DNA of 64,000 nt, from contig OX597820.1 of the NCBI GenBank assembly GCA_951406725.2, positions 77,190,001 to 77,254,000 on the forward strand. The letters are read 5' to 3'. Source of the stretch: Octopus vulgaris (lineage: Eukaryota). This document shows positions 13,433 through 26,228 of the stretch, one piece after another (positions within the stretch are counted from its first letter, which is position 1; every line of letters starts with the position of its first letter). Position numbers and translations under genes: made by a program. The notes below the pieces were generated by a model. The model searched no databases. It was not told where the DNA came from and saw nothing but the letters and a program-made list of their open reading frames with translations.

Positions 13433-14040
13433 GCAGACAGACAGACAGACAGATAGATAGATAGATAGATAAATAGATAGACAGACAGACAGACAGACAG
13501 AGATAGATCGATAGAGAGAGAGAGATAGATACATACATACACACGTACGTACATACATTACGTACATATATTACATACATACATACATACATAGACACAC
13601 AGGCAGAGAGAGAGAGTGATATGTAGGTATATTTGTTGTGCATGCGATTCCAATCAAGCATATTTTCTTGTAGACACATGGTGTGTCACGCCTAATGTAG
13701 TCCTATTCTGTAATTTCTAGATGTTGCTGTCAACCGATTCGTTAAATTATTGCTTGAAGACATTACGTTTAATATAGCATAATTCATGACAAACAAGAGA
13801 CTTAATTAAACCCCCATAATTATGTACGAATCGTATGATATTTACTCACAAGATCAGCCTTAAGAGTGCAAGTTGCTGCAAGAAAAGTATACGGAAGAAA
13901 TGATATGTACACACACATTTATATGTGTGTACACACATAGACAAACACACACACATGTACATATGCATACACACATTTATACGAATAAACAAATAAATAT
14001 ACATATATCTATATACATTCATACATACACACACATATAT

Positions 14041-14087
<47 letters not shown>

Positions 14088-14390
14088 TATATATGTATAT
14101 ATACACACATATATACGCACATACATTTTACACATATATGTGTCTGTGTGTGTATTTGTGTTTGTCCGCCTGTGTGCGTGTGGCTGTATGTGTATGTTGT
14201 GTGTGTAGATATAGATAATAGTATTTTTTTTCAAATATATAATACTGTACTAAGAACTATTTCTTTTTTTACTATATTTATATATATACAGCTGTATGTA
14301 TCTATCTATCCATCTCTGTATATATATATACATATATAAATGTGTGTGTATGTGTGTGTATGTGTGCGTGTGTGTGTGTAGATATAGATA
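13433..14390. repeat. Compound microsatellite region (GACA/GATA/TACA/TA/TG)
   Basis: Direct reading; interrupted by unique sequence. Confidence 0.85.
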
Positions 14391-14404
14391 TTTGTTAATG
14401 CTTT

Positions 14405-14728
14405 TAGTTCCGCTGCGTGACCAGTTGACTCAGCTATAGCCTCGGGCTATTTGGTATACGGAAACTGAAAGAATGTATGTATATTTATTTCTCTGTGTAT
14501 GTGTGTGTGTGTGTGTGTGTTTGTATCTGTATTTTTTCCCCACCACTGCTTGACAACTGCCGTTTGCATTGACGTTCCCGGTTCGGCAAAAGATCGATAA
14601 AATAAGTACCATGCTTAAAAAATAAATCTTGTGATCGATTTCTTCGACTAAAAACCGTGAAAGTGGTGCCCCAGCACGGCTGAAGTCAAATGACTGCAAC
14701 AAGTAATAGATAAAAAGATAAAAGATTA
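14405..14728 (+). mobile_element. SINE family A, internally deleted
   Basis: ctatagcctcggg...ggaaactgaaagaa, (TG)n, gcttgacaac...ggttcggcaaaaga...tgactgcaacaagtaa. Confidence 0.8.
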
Positions 14729-16192
14729 TAAAATTCATTTCAAATATGGAAGAATGTGGAAACGAGCGGCCTTTTTGCCGTTCACTCATTAAGGTAGGAA
14801 TCTAGGGAGAAGGTCTTGATGTTGGCACCGTCGTTTACAAACATCAACGATTACAGCAACCCGTACGTTGTAGTATAATAATAAACTGCAACAGACGTGA
14901 CAGTAGATCCAGCAGCAGTAACAATAACAGCAGAAGTTGCAGGCGACCATCGTCACGTCAAAGAAACAAGATTAAAAATCTCGTCATCACCATAAAATCA
15001 TGCATCATGCATAGACACCGCTCTAACCGAAACCTGTAACCACACAACATACCATCATCTCGAACATCATCCCCAAAGAGAAGAAACAACGTCAGTGACA
15101 ACAATTTTAACAACAACACCAGCAGTAGAAACAACAAAAATTATAGCTTTTGCAGGGATCATTTATTATTTCGATCCTACTAGATCATTTAAATAAACTC
15201 ATTTAAATAAAAGGGTTGGGCACCACTGCCCTAGACAATGAGCATGAGAATTTAGGAGAGGTGGAGTAACGCGTCAATAAGACAATGGAGGTAGTGTTTG
15301 TGCTACGTTTGTTTATATCTGCCTTTTTTTGTGTTGATGTGTTTTGGTTTCCTTTCCTCTCTTCTTTACGTTAGCTTGTTTTTGCCACTAAGGCTCTTCC
15401 TCATTACTTTCGCAAAATAAATTAACTAAATGACTTGCTTTTAGTGAGGCTTCCCTGCTTTTCTTTGGCTGAGAAAAAAATTCAGCCTTCATCTGTCTGG
15501 TACCTATAGCGAAAGAGATTTTTTGGTGGACAAGACTAAAATGAAGACTGGCAGCTTCTTGAGCGAACTCCAAATCAGCATTTTCGTTGCAGGGTCGGGA
15601 CCACATTTTACAGATAAGTTTATTTTCAGTGAGATTTTATTGTTAATTGTAGCAGGTCGAGAACGAATGAAGTAGACTCGGCTGCGGTGCTTCGATATTA
15701 TTTTAGATATTATTTATTTTTGTGAAGGGTAATCAAACATTTGTGCAAAATATTTTGTGAGGTTTCGTTACCAGATACAAGCAATGTTTGCATGGGTTCG
15801 ATCATCTTCACCTGGACAACAATAAATAAAATGAAGATTATGATCGTTTCTAAATGGACAGGCGTCATTTATTTTGTGAAACCTCCATGTTATATGTATG
15901 TATATATGTAAGTATGTATATATATAAGTATGTATATATATATGTATGTACGTATGTATGAATTAAATAGAAAATTTTCATTGCTTTCTAAAACCAATTT
16001 CTCTTAACATAATTACATTTCTTGTTAGAGTCCTACATTTTCCATTATTGATCTACGACCTTATTTCAGGTTGCACGTGTTGTCAGCATTTTTCTACATC
16101 CATGCCATATATATATACAGTGTAGAATATATGTTATAATGATATCAAACCAATATATATTATGCTACCTTAAACATAGAATGTTCGCGTAT

Positions 16193-16195
<3 letters not shown>

Positions 16196-16256
<61 letters not shown>

Positions 16257-16640
16257 ACTTATATGTATGTATGTATGTATACTTATATATATGTATGTAT
16301 GTATACTTATATATATGTATGTATGTATACTTATATATATGTATGTATGTATGTATGTATACTTATATGTATGTATGTATGTATACTAATATATATATGT
16401 ATGTATGTATGTATACTTATATGTATGTATGTATGTATACTTATATATATATGTATGTATGTATACTTACATATATATATATATGTATGTATGTATTTAT
16501 ACTTACATATATATGTATGTATGTATTTATACTTACATATATATGTATGTATGTATTTATACTTACATATATATATATGTATGTATGTATACTTACATAT
16601 ATATATACATAAGTATGTATGTATACTTACATATATATAA
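16196..16640. repeat. (TA)n followed by higher-order (TATG)n-TATACTTA repeat
   Basis: Units of roughly 20-30 bp, each anchored by TATACTTA. Confidence 0.93.
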
Positions 16641-17343
16641 ACATATGTTTGTATGCATGCATGCGTGTGTATTTCTATGTATGTGAATGATTGAGTTCGT
16701 GTGTGCGTGTGTATATGTGTGTATTATCTATGCTTGTAGAATAGCCGACATATTTATATATAAGGAATCGCTTTTAATGAAGGCATAGTCGTCTTCATAG
16801 AACCGTTTTGCGAATTAGAATAAAGAAGCTTTTGATTTGAGAAGAAAAGTCTTATCTGTCGATGTAATTGCGGGTTAGATTGTTCATGCATTCCACACCG
16901 AGTTAAATATACCCAAAACATGTATGCTAAAGATGTAATCCATCAACTACCATATTTCCCCTTACTGTATTTCATCAGCGTATAAGAAAAAATCGTGTTG
17001 CAGGATATTTATGTTTTCTAAATGCTTGTTTCATTTTTTTCCGTGAATGGATATTAAAATATAATTGAACGTTTCCTTTTATTGTACTATGGGATAATTA
17101 AAACCTCGCTTCGCTGAGATGTGGTACGCGATTCCGAAGTATCGGTCTAATGATATTGCATATTTCAGTTGATATAAATTACTAATTTTATTCGAAATAC
17201 TGTGTTATTCTTAATATCTGTATGTCGATATCTCTGGAGTACACTGAATTAATTCTTTATGATTCACAAGACACTTTATTGAATTGTATGGATAATATTT
17301 CATTAGAGTAATTGCATTGAGTACTACTTGATGATATAAATAA

Positions 17344-17575
17344 GGCGGTGAGCTGTCAGAATCGTTAGCACGCCGGGCGAAATCTCAGCGGTATTTCGTC
17401 TGCTGTTACGTTCTGAGTTCAAATTCCACCGAGGTCGACTTTGTCTTTCATTCTTTCGGGGTCTATAAATTAAGTACCAGTTACGCACAGGGGTCGATAT
17501 AATCGACTTAATCTTTTTGTCTATCCTTGTTTCTCCACTATGTGTTTAGCACTTGGTGGATAGTAAAGGAATACA
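17344..17575 (+). mobile_element. SINE family B, near full length
   Basis: ggcggtgagctgtcagaatcgttagcacgccgggcg...gagttcaaattcc (B box)...tail gtggatagtaaagga. Confidence 0.88.
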
Positions 17576-17900
17576 TATAAATAAGCATTCTCTCTAGAGT
17601 TCTTTCACTCAGCCACTTCTTTGGTAATGCAATTTCAATAGCTTTGCTTGCTGCCTACAACACAGGTATTGGAAGTGCATAGGTGCAGTTTTTAGAATAC
17701 GATGAACCAATGTATTTCCTATACCAAAGAAACTCATATACGGAGAGGGAACAATTTTAACTGTTGCCAGATATACAATGATCTGAACGAAATGTTCTTC
17801 GATTTTTGGTAATTTTGGAAGTACCGGCATGTTTTGACGGATTTTAATTGAAGGTTCGGTCTATAGCCCTTAAATTTGGTGCCTATTGCTACCGAGAAAG

Positions 17901-17941
<41 letters not shown>

Positions 17942-18040
17942 CATATATTTAATTTTTTTTCATTTCATCTAGTTTCAGCTCACGGGCTGTGGCCATGCTG
18001 GGGCACTGCCATTCAATATACATATATATATAATCTGTGT

Positions 18041-18084
<44 letters not shown>

Positions 18085-18889
18085 TTGTATGTGCATGCGC
18101 GCGCATGTTTGTGTGTTTGTGTTATACATTATAACAGAACGTCTCCTATTTTAAGTACACAGAGTTGCTCGTTTCCGCGCCTGATTTTCTTTTGAATAAT
18201 CACTCTCCGATTATTGTTTGAGATATAAAATGAAAGTTTGAAGGAAATACAGATTCTTATGCGTGTGTTCCTTATGCGCGCACCGGTGCAAACGCATACA
18301 TATATTCATATGCACAACCATAGACACACATATATACACGGAATTATATACAAGTATACGTTTACAAATATACTAAAAAAATAGACACACACACACACTC
18401 ATACATATTAGAACGTATACGAATCTAACTCTTCCTCTCTCCGTATCTTTCATATTCTCCCCCTCTCTCTCTCTACATATATGTAGAGCGTATGTTATGA
18501 TATGTTTGTGTGCCAAACAGTCATTAAATCAAATGACCTTAGCACCATGCGGAACAATGTCTGACCCATGGCGTCACGCTTGGCCAGGAAGGCTAATTAC
18601 TAAAGGATTTATTACCAGCAGCTACTCAACAGAAGAGCAGGACATGTACTGACACACATCATAGTGTGTTTTGTGCTGATTTTTATTTCTTGTATGCATT
18701 ATTTCTCCTTAATCGTTATATCGTATTTTTCTTAATTACTTCCTATTTGTATCCACAGCTAAGCGTCTTCATTTTTTCTTTGTAATTCCTTCACAATTTA
18801 TTTTAGATACGACTGCGTTCGACAGACTCTAGTTGAAATTAAGAGCGATACGTTACACAGTTAACGAGAAAATATGCTACATCACCTGG

Positions 18890-19862
18890 TAAGATGCTTC
18901 TGCCCCATTGGATTCTGATATAAACCTCGCACCGTAGAATGCTACCGCAATCCTTGCATTCAGTTCATCTTTGCTATTAGAAGTTTTGTTGGTCTCGGCT
19001 CAACTGCACCCGGCACATAAAAATCAAGTGGGTTGCAGTCTTAGGAGTTAGGTAGCTAGATATTAGGGTTGATGTGGTCGCAGAAATTGCCTGACAGCCA
19101 TGATAGGCTCTCCTGCTTGTGTAGCATGGTGCAGAATCCTGTTACCCGACATAAGGACTTCCAGCAGCTACCCTCTTGACTTAAGGCAGCACTATCTCCG
19201 CCAGAATCTTGATGTAGACCTTCGTGTTGAGTCTGAAGTCGTGTTGGAAGATGAATGAAGGCATAATGACGCCATCACTGTAATTCATTGTATAGGTTTT
19301 TCTACCCGCGTGGGCAGGATGTGATAAATAAATTTTCAAATATATTCTATCTTCCTTATCCACTGATTCTACTATACTCAACGCACACTGAGGGATTCCG
19401 ATCGTAGATCCAGTTGCGATTGCTCAATTACCGTAGACGACGCCAGGTAGCTATAGGCAGTGAACATGCTTCATCGACATACTACTACGGAAATGCCCGG
19501 CACTAGAATATTTTCATATAGGCCTCCGTGTCGTGTCTGATACCATGTGGGAAGATGAAAGGAGGCATAACATCGCCATCACTAGTGATCAATCTAAACA
19601 CCATGATGTTGATAGGATGTTTGATATTTATAATTCTCGATATATATCCTCAGACTGGCGTCATCAGATTGATGGTCACTCACTCTGACATGTTCATACT
19701 GGAGCTTCCGGCGCAAATGCCAAAAGGTACAGCATGCCGTTTCCAAATTTATGGCAGAGTGTATTGTGTTAAGTTAATGTTATTCTCACTAACGATGTCC
19801 AATAGGCCCTACTAAACCGTGTAGTCGACAAAATAAAAAACAAACAATGTTCGCTTAACTAA
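18890..19862 (-). mobile_element. maT-like (DD37D-type) element, fragmented
   Basis: Minus strand SDGVIMPSFIF...QDSAPCYTSRR...NS*DCNPLDFY (18950-19280), a second KHPINIMVF..TSDGDVMPPFIFPHG block (19520-19630) and an N-terminal WKRHAV region. Confidence 0.8.
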
Positions 19863-19891
19863 ATGTGTGAGTGTATATGTGTTTGAGTATG

Positions 19892-20578
<687 letters not shown>

Positions 20579-21828
20579 TTATTTGTCTTTGTTGTAAACA
20601 TTCGCTTGCTTTCTCACAAAAAGTCTTATGCTCAGCTCAGACATTTTGGGGGCAACCAGATTTGAACAGTCTGAAGTGTAGTAGCCCGGAACTGTGATGA
20701 CAATCCGGGGACTTGACTGAAGAGAGAAAGCTATGAATTACCCGTGCTTGCTTTGCTGATCTCCCTCTATTTGTTGTTTATCTTGTCTATGTTTGCATTG
20801 TCTATCTCTCCGGTTGTTTTGTTGGCATATATTGCGATTTTGTTCCATTTGTTATATTCATATATACATTTAGCGGCGTACTTACAGGTTTGTTCAACTT
20901 GTAAGTAAGTATGCATCTATTTTGTACGATTCATTTAATGTCTTGAAGTCCGCCTCATACTTTCTTCTTCCTTCTTTACTCTTTTTTTCTTTTCCTCGCC
21001 TCCCTCTCTCACATTCTCTGGCCCTCTCCTTCTTTAATTCCTACCTTGCCCCTTGTTTATATCGCTTGTACCTTTCTCATTAACCTTTTCCCTCTTTCTC
21101 GTTCTTCCCTTAATCTTTCAATTCTTGTTCCCCCTACCTTTCTCCTTCCATTTCACGTGACTGGTATTCGACGAGGCATGATCTTTCTTCTTTTGCTTCA
21201 CTCCTGACCGCGTAATATTACTTACGTCCATCTCCTATGTTTCTGACTCAAGGCTTTCACTCTCTACACGCCAGCTCTATTCAATTCGTCTCGCTAGTTG
21301 TTCCCATTTATAATTATATTTATAGTATTTATAGTATTTATTCGATACTATATAACTACGAATTGATTATTTCTATAAGTATTTTAAATAAGATTTCCGA
21401 AAGTTCGTTTAAGTTTGTTTGTTTGTATTTTTGAAATTAGGTATTTCATCTTTAAATATGAAAAATTAATTTATTAGGTCTTTATTATATGTGCATATAT
21501 ATTTATTTATAGAGATTATTTTAGATCATAATTATAATTTTTATATACATTTATATATTTTCATTGATAATTTATATATAATAGTCATTTTTTAAAAAAT
21601 ATTTATGTAATTAGATATAGACTATTACCGATATTAAATATTGGTGGGTTTCTTACCTTATAAATTAAAATTAATATTTCACATTATAATCGATTTTGAT
21701 ATAATCATAATTGTTAAGTTTTAAGTTTTAGTTTGATAATAGAATTTATTATAAGTAAACTTATTATATTATTTATATCTTTAAAATATTGTTTAGATAT
21801 TTCTGGTTATTTTAAAAATATTTCAATT

Positions 21829-21920
21829 AACCTGAAGATTGAATGTAACCATAACTCGAATTATTAATTGAATTTAAATTATTGTTATTCGAATTGGTGC
21901 AGCCATGAAACGGTCGTAGT
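21829..21920 (+). ncRNA. Degenerate hammerhead motif with long stem II, in AT-rich Penelope-like sequence
   Basis: ac-CTGAAGA...long imperfect hairpin...GAAACGGTC-gt; stem I is only 2 bp and the 10.1-11.1 pair is mismatched. Confidence 0.5.
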
Positions 21921-22198
21921 GTTTTACTCTTTATCTTTTATTAAACTTTTAATACTTTTGATATTTAAAAAATAATTAATTAATTAATTAATTAATTAAT
22001 AAAATAATATATAAATATACAAATATACATACATATATATATATATATATTTGTATATATATATATATATAATTTATAAGTTTAAATTATTTAAATAATT
22101 TTTTTAAACTTTTATATTTTAAATTAAAAATTAACTTTATGTATTGGCTTGTGTTTTTCACTGTTTGATTTGCCTAATAGTGGTTTTATCTCTAATTT

Positions 22199-22314
<116 letters not shown>

Positions 22315-23460
22315 GTAGAAAGTGATCGGTGGAGCTTTCTTTGCTATGTAAATATTACTTTGTACTAAATATAATATGGCATTATCTGTATACCAACCAA
22401 ATGAGTGGCGGATGTTTTTTTGTGTTATATAGAATTAATACATTATGCAAAGATTTTTATCCGAAACTTTTAGATAAGAGATCACTACAATTCTCCCGAG
22501 ACTATTAAGCACTTATAAAATTCGCCTGTTGAATTTTCAGCCGAAAACGCATCTTTGATGGAAAATATAACAAGCATTTATCTCTGATGTGGGTATAAGT
22601 GCTGTAGAAAAATCACTTGTTGTATCAAAAAAATCTCATATAATAAATCATATAACTACTTTTATTGTCAAAATTATATTTCGCTACAATTAGTATATCA
22701 CGCGGGAAAATTATGAACTCGATTTAAATGCTGTTACCTCTTCTCGCAAATGCCAGTGTATTTTATGTGTTGAATTAGAACTAAAGGAAAGTTTATCAAT
22801 TTTCTATTATTAAATATACTTATTTAACCATCCGTTTTGTAATCACAAAAAATACAGACAGCTTTAATGGTTTGTATATCAAAGAATGCAAAATATTTGC
22901 GTTAGAGTATATAGAGAATATAATGTCATTTTTTACAATAAAACAAAATTTAATTTGCAGCTTACATAGATGATAAAAGTGACGCTAATTGGATTGTGTA
23001 TCTTGGGAAATAAGTACACACAACATCCTCCAAACAATTGTTTTTATATTTTTCAATCGATAAATATATTAACGATTTGTTAATTAAATCCTCCAACGTG
23101 TCCATAATTAACATGTAAAATATTTTACTACTAAAGCATAATGGCAACGTTGAGAAGGTGACATTCTATTTGATAATGTATAATGATGTATAAACACACC
23201 ACCGAGGAGGCTTTAGAAGTTTTTTGCGTGAGTTATCATTTATATGTATACACAATTTAAAGTTTCAGTCGCTTCTCTTGTATAATTATATATGACAAAT
23301 GGTTGGTCTGAAAATAACACTAAAGTGTGATCTTTTGCATAAAACTCAGAAATTTATTTCACACCAATTGATACATTATATCAAATATAAGTATTTGTAT
23401 ACAAGTTGCATTTACATTTACACCTGATTAATGCTCTCTAAAACACGGGCGATTATATGC

Positions 23461-23515
<55 letters not shown>

Positions 23516-23614
23516 GTTAATCCAAACAAGAAAGCACAAAAAAAACACAACAACGCGAGGACGTGGAACAAATATAGTATTATTGGACGCTCAGGAAAGA
23601 AGGAAAGAAAGAGG

Positions 23615-23649
23615 GTTTAACGTTTCGAGCGGAGCTCTTCGTCAGAAAC
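23615..23649 (-). ncRNA. Minimal type I hammerhead ribozyme
   Basis: Minus strand GTTT-CTGACGA-A-GAGC tcc GCTC-GAA-ACGT-T-AAAC: intact core, palindromic ACGT stem III, 4-bp stems I and II. Confidence 0.8.
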
Positions 23650-25756
23650 ATAGGAGAAGGAAAGATCCAGAGAAGGGAAGACAGAGGGAAAAAAATCGCC
23701 AACGGTACACACGAGGTCACATTTATACATTTACATATATATATATATATACAAGTATTTATGTATTTATGTACACACGAGGTCACATATATATATATAT
23801 ATATACATGTATTTATGTATTTGTTTGTATTTATGCATATATATATATTTATACACACACGTATATATAGGTATATATAGACATATAGATAAACAAATAG
23901 ATATACATATATTATTCGGTATATATGTTATATGCGTGTGTGTGTTTGTTTGTGTGTGTGTGTTTGTATGTCCGTGTGTTTGTGTAGGTGGCTTGAAGCA
24001 TTTTAGCAATGAGGTCAAATTAGTGAAAATGGAAGGCTTCTTGCAGTGAGGTAAAACGAATAAATGTAAAACATATTTGAAGCAGAAAGGCCTATTAAGG
24101 GATGTAAACACACAAAATATACCGGTCCAGGTTTGTGTGGAGTAGATATTTGAATTAGAAGAACTAATATTTGCAGGGAAAGAGCTCTACAGTCAGTGAT
24201 CCTGATTAGCTGCGATGAACATTTAGAACCGTGTCGGTTTGCATCAAGTGGTGCTACCAGTGGTCGCAGAGGTGATAGCAGCATATAGATAACCACTGGT
24301 CAGTGGCAGTCGTGGTGCAAATAGCTACTCTTATTGAAACTTAGTAAGCTATGAAAGCCAACAGCCAGGCTCTGACCAATTCTCAATCTCAGAATTATGT
24401 TGGTGGATAGTCAAGGATTCTTTGATTATAAGATTTCTTAAATTTCTTTGTGACCAGTGAGGAAGCCTTTATGTCGATGATGATGGTTCTACATTTCAAG
24501 ATATATCTGTTAAAAAGATACCAGTGTCGCCTGATGTTCCATCAGTCGGATGTTCATTAATTATAGTTACAAATATTGTGTTTCCTTATGTCTATCGCTA
24601 AAGTACAAGCGTCTACTTTCTTCAGATTCATTTGTTTTATAAATGATTGAGCTACATCTGAAAATTTATACTGAACAAACATTTATTACTTTGAAATAGC
24701 AAATATATATTACATCGTAATTGCAAAACGTCTCCAAAGTCTAGACAGATTAAAGCAGCATTATTAACCAGAAAACATGTTGTTATCTAGTTCAGCGTTT
24801 CCGTATTAAAAAATATTTCATCGCTCTTTATTATGAATTTAGATGACTAAAGCAGAATGACTAATCAAACTAATTGATTAGGCTGATGTGTAACACTTCA
24901 TGAATATTATATACATTCCACGAAGCTAATTAGCGTATATCCTTAATTAGTATAAGTAGGTCCATTCCGACCTCATGCTCAGTTTTCATTGAGAAGGACC
25001 ATTGAGACTGATTAGTTCACTTGCACTTTTAATGTTGGCAAGTCAAAATCGATCCAAGTTATTTCCTTTTTCTATACATATATATCCCTTTTACATATTA
25101 TTTTAGTCTCCTTCAACTAATATGCAAATATTTTCTTTTTAGACATGTGGAATTATTTCATCTGATGTATGCATCATGTAATATCATTTTACCTCGAAAA
25201 ATACTTAAAATATGGAGAAAAAAAACTATATTGCACTTACCTTCAAATAAGAAGGCAATTTCAATTTTGGGGCAGGATAGCATGATCGACAATTTGGAAG
25301 CATTTTCTCCAATCATATAAACGATTAAGTACATTACTTTCAACCAATATAGCATATTAATAGACTTGCAAGATCCAATAGATGATATTATCACATCAAG
25401 GAAAGGGTGCCAACGTATTATCATAAAACAGCTAGCACGGCAAATTAGTTTCGTTTAAAGACGTAACATCTTGTGGATATGTATTTTAGCGGATACGAAC
25501 TGTGCATTGGTTATGCCAATATTACAACACCGGTAGCAGTACATTAAACACCTATATTTTGATTAACTTCTTGGCAATTTTTTCAGCTCGAAAAGCAGCA
25601 GTTCTACATACGCGTAATGTACTATGTAATGCTTTTATTAAACATAAAACTCCAGTCCTATGCAGCTAAACTGATGTAATTTACGATATCAGGCAGACTT
25701 TCAAGTTTCAAAAATGTTTGCTGACAGTAAATAAGCCTCTGTTACCTTCTGTACTT

Positions 25757-25947
25757 AGGTTTCATTAAATTATATGGATGATTTTAAGTTGAAAGTTTCC
25801 AAAATAGTTCTGACAAACCGTTTCTACCACTTTATTTAAGGATAAGGAACAATCTATTGCAAATGAAAGATAGGTTTCCTTAAATTATATGGAGGATTTT
25901 ACGTTGAGAGTTTCCAGAAGAGTTCTGACAAATTGTTTCTACCCACT
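25757..25947 (+). repeat. Diverged direct duplication, about 115-bp period
   Basis: taggtttcattaaattatatggatgatttt...gttctgacaaa..gtttctacc occurs twice. Confidence 0.85.
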
Positions 25948-26014
25948 GGCTTATGGCGTAGTGGTTAACAGGCTACTAACCCCAAGATTCCGAGTTCGAT
26001 TCCAGGTAGTGACA

Positions 26015-26062
<48 letters not shown>

Positions 26063-26228
26063 TCGAAAAATACCTTAGGAATGAAAACCCAGGTTCGAAA
26101 TTTCCACAAGAACCCTGATGAAAGCTGGAAGGTATATCAGCTAAAACGTTGTGTTAACAAAGATGAGGACAAATATCCGTCAAATGTAAATAATGTACAT
26201 AATTCCTCATCTCTTAAATATAGAGCTA
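25948..26228 (+). mobile_element. tRNA-headed SINE-like element with (AAT)n and a hammerhead-like 3' module
   Basis: tggcgtagtggttaa (A box), gagttcgattcc (B box), (AAT)n, then CTGATGA-A-AGCTG..CAGCT-AAAACGTT at 26115-26150. Confidence 0.7.

Noticed and set aside
25948-26015. tRNA gene (also the heads at 4229 and 32290-32356)
   Set aside because: A/B boxes are present but there is no complete cloverleaf, and each continues into a SINE body
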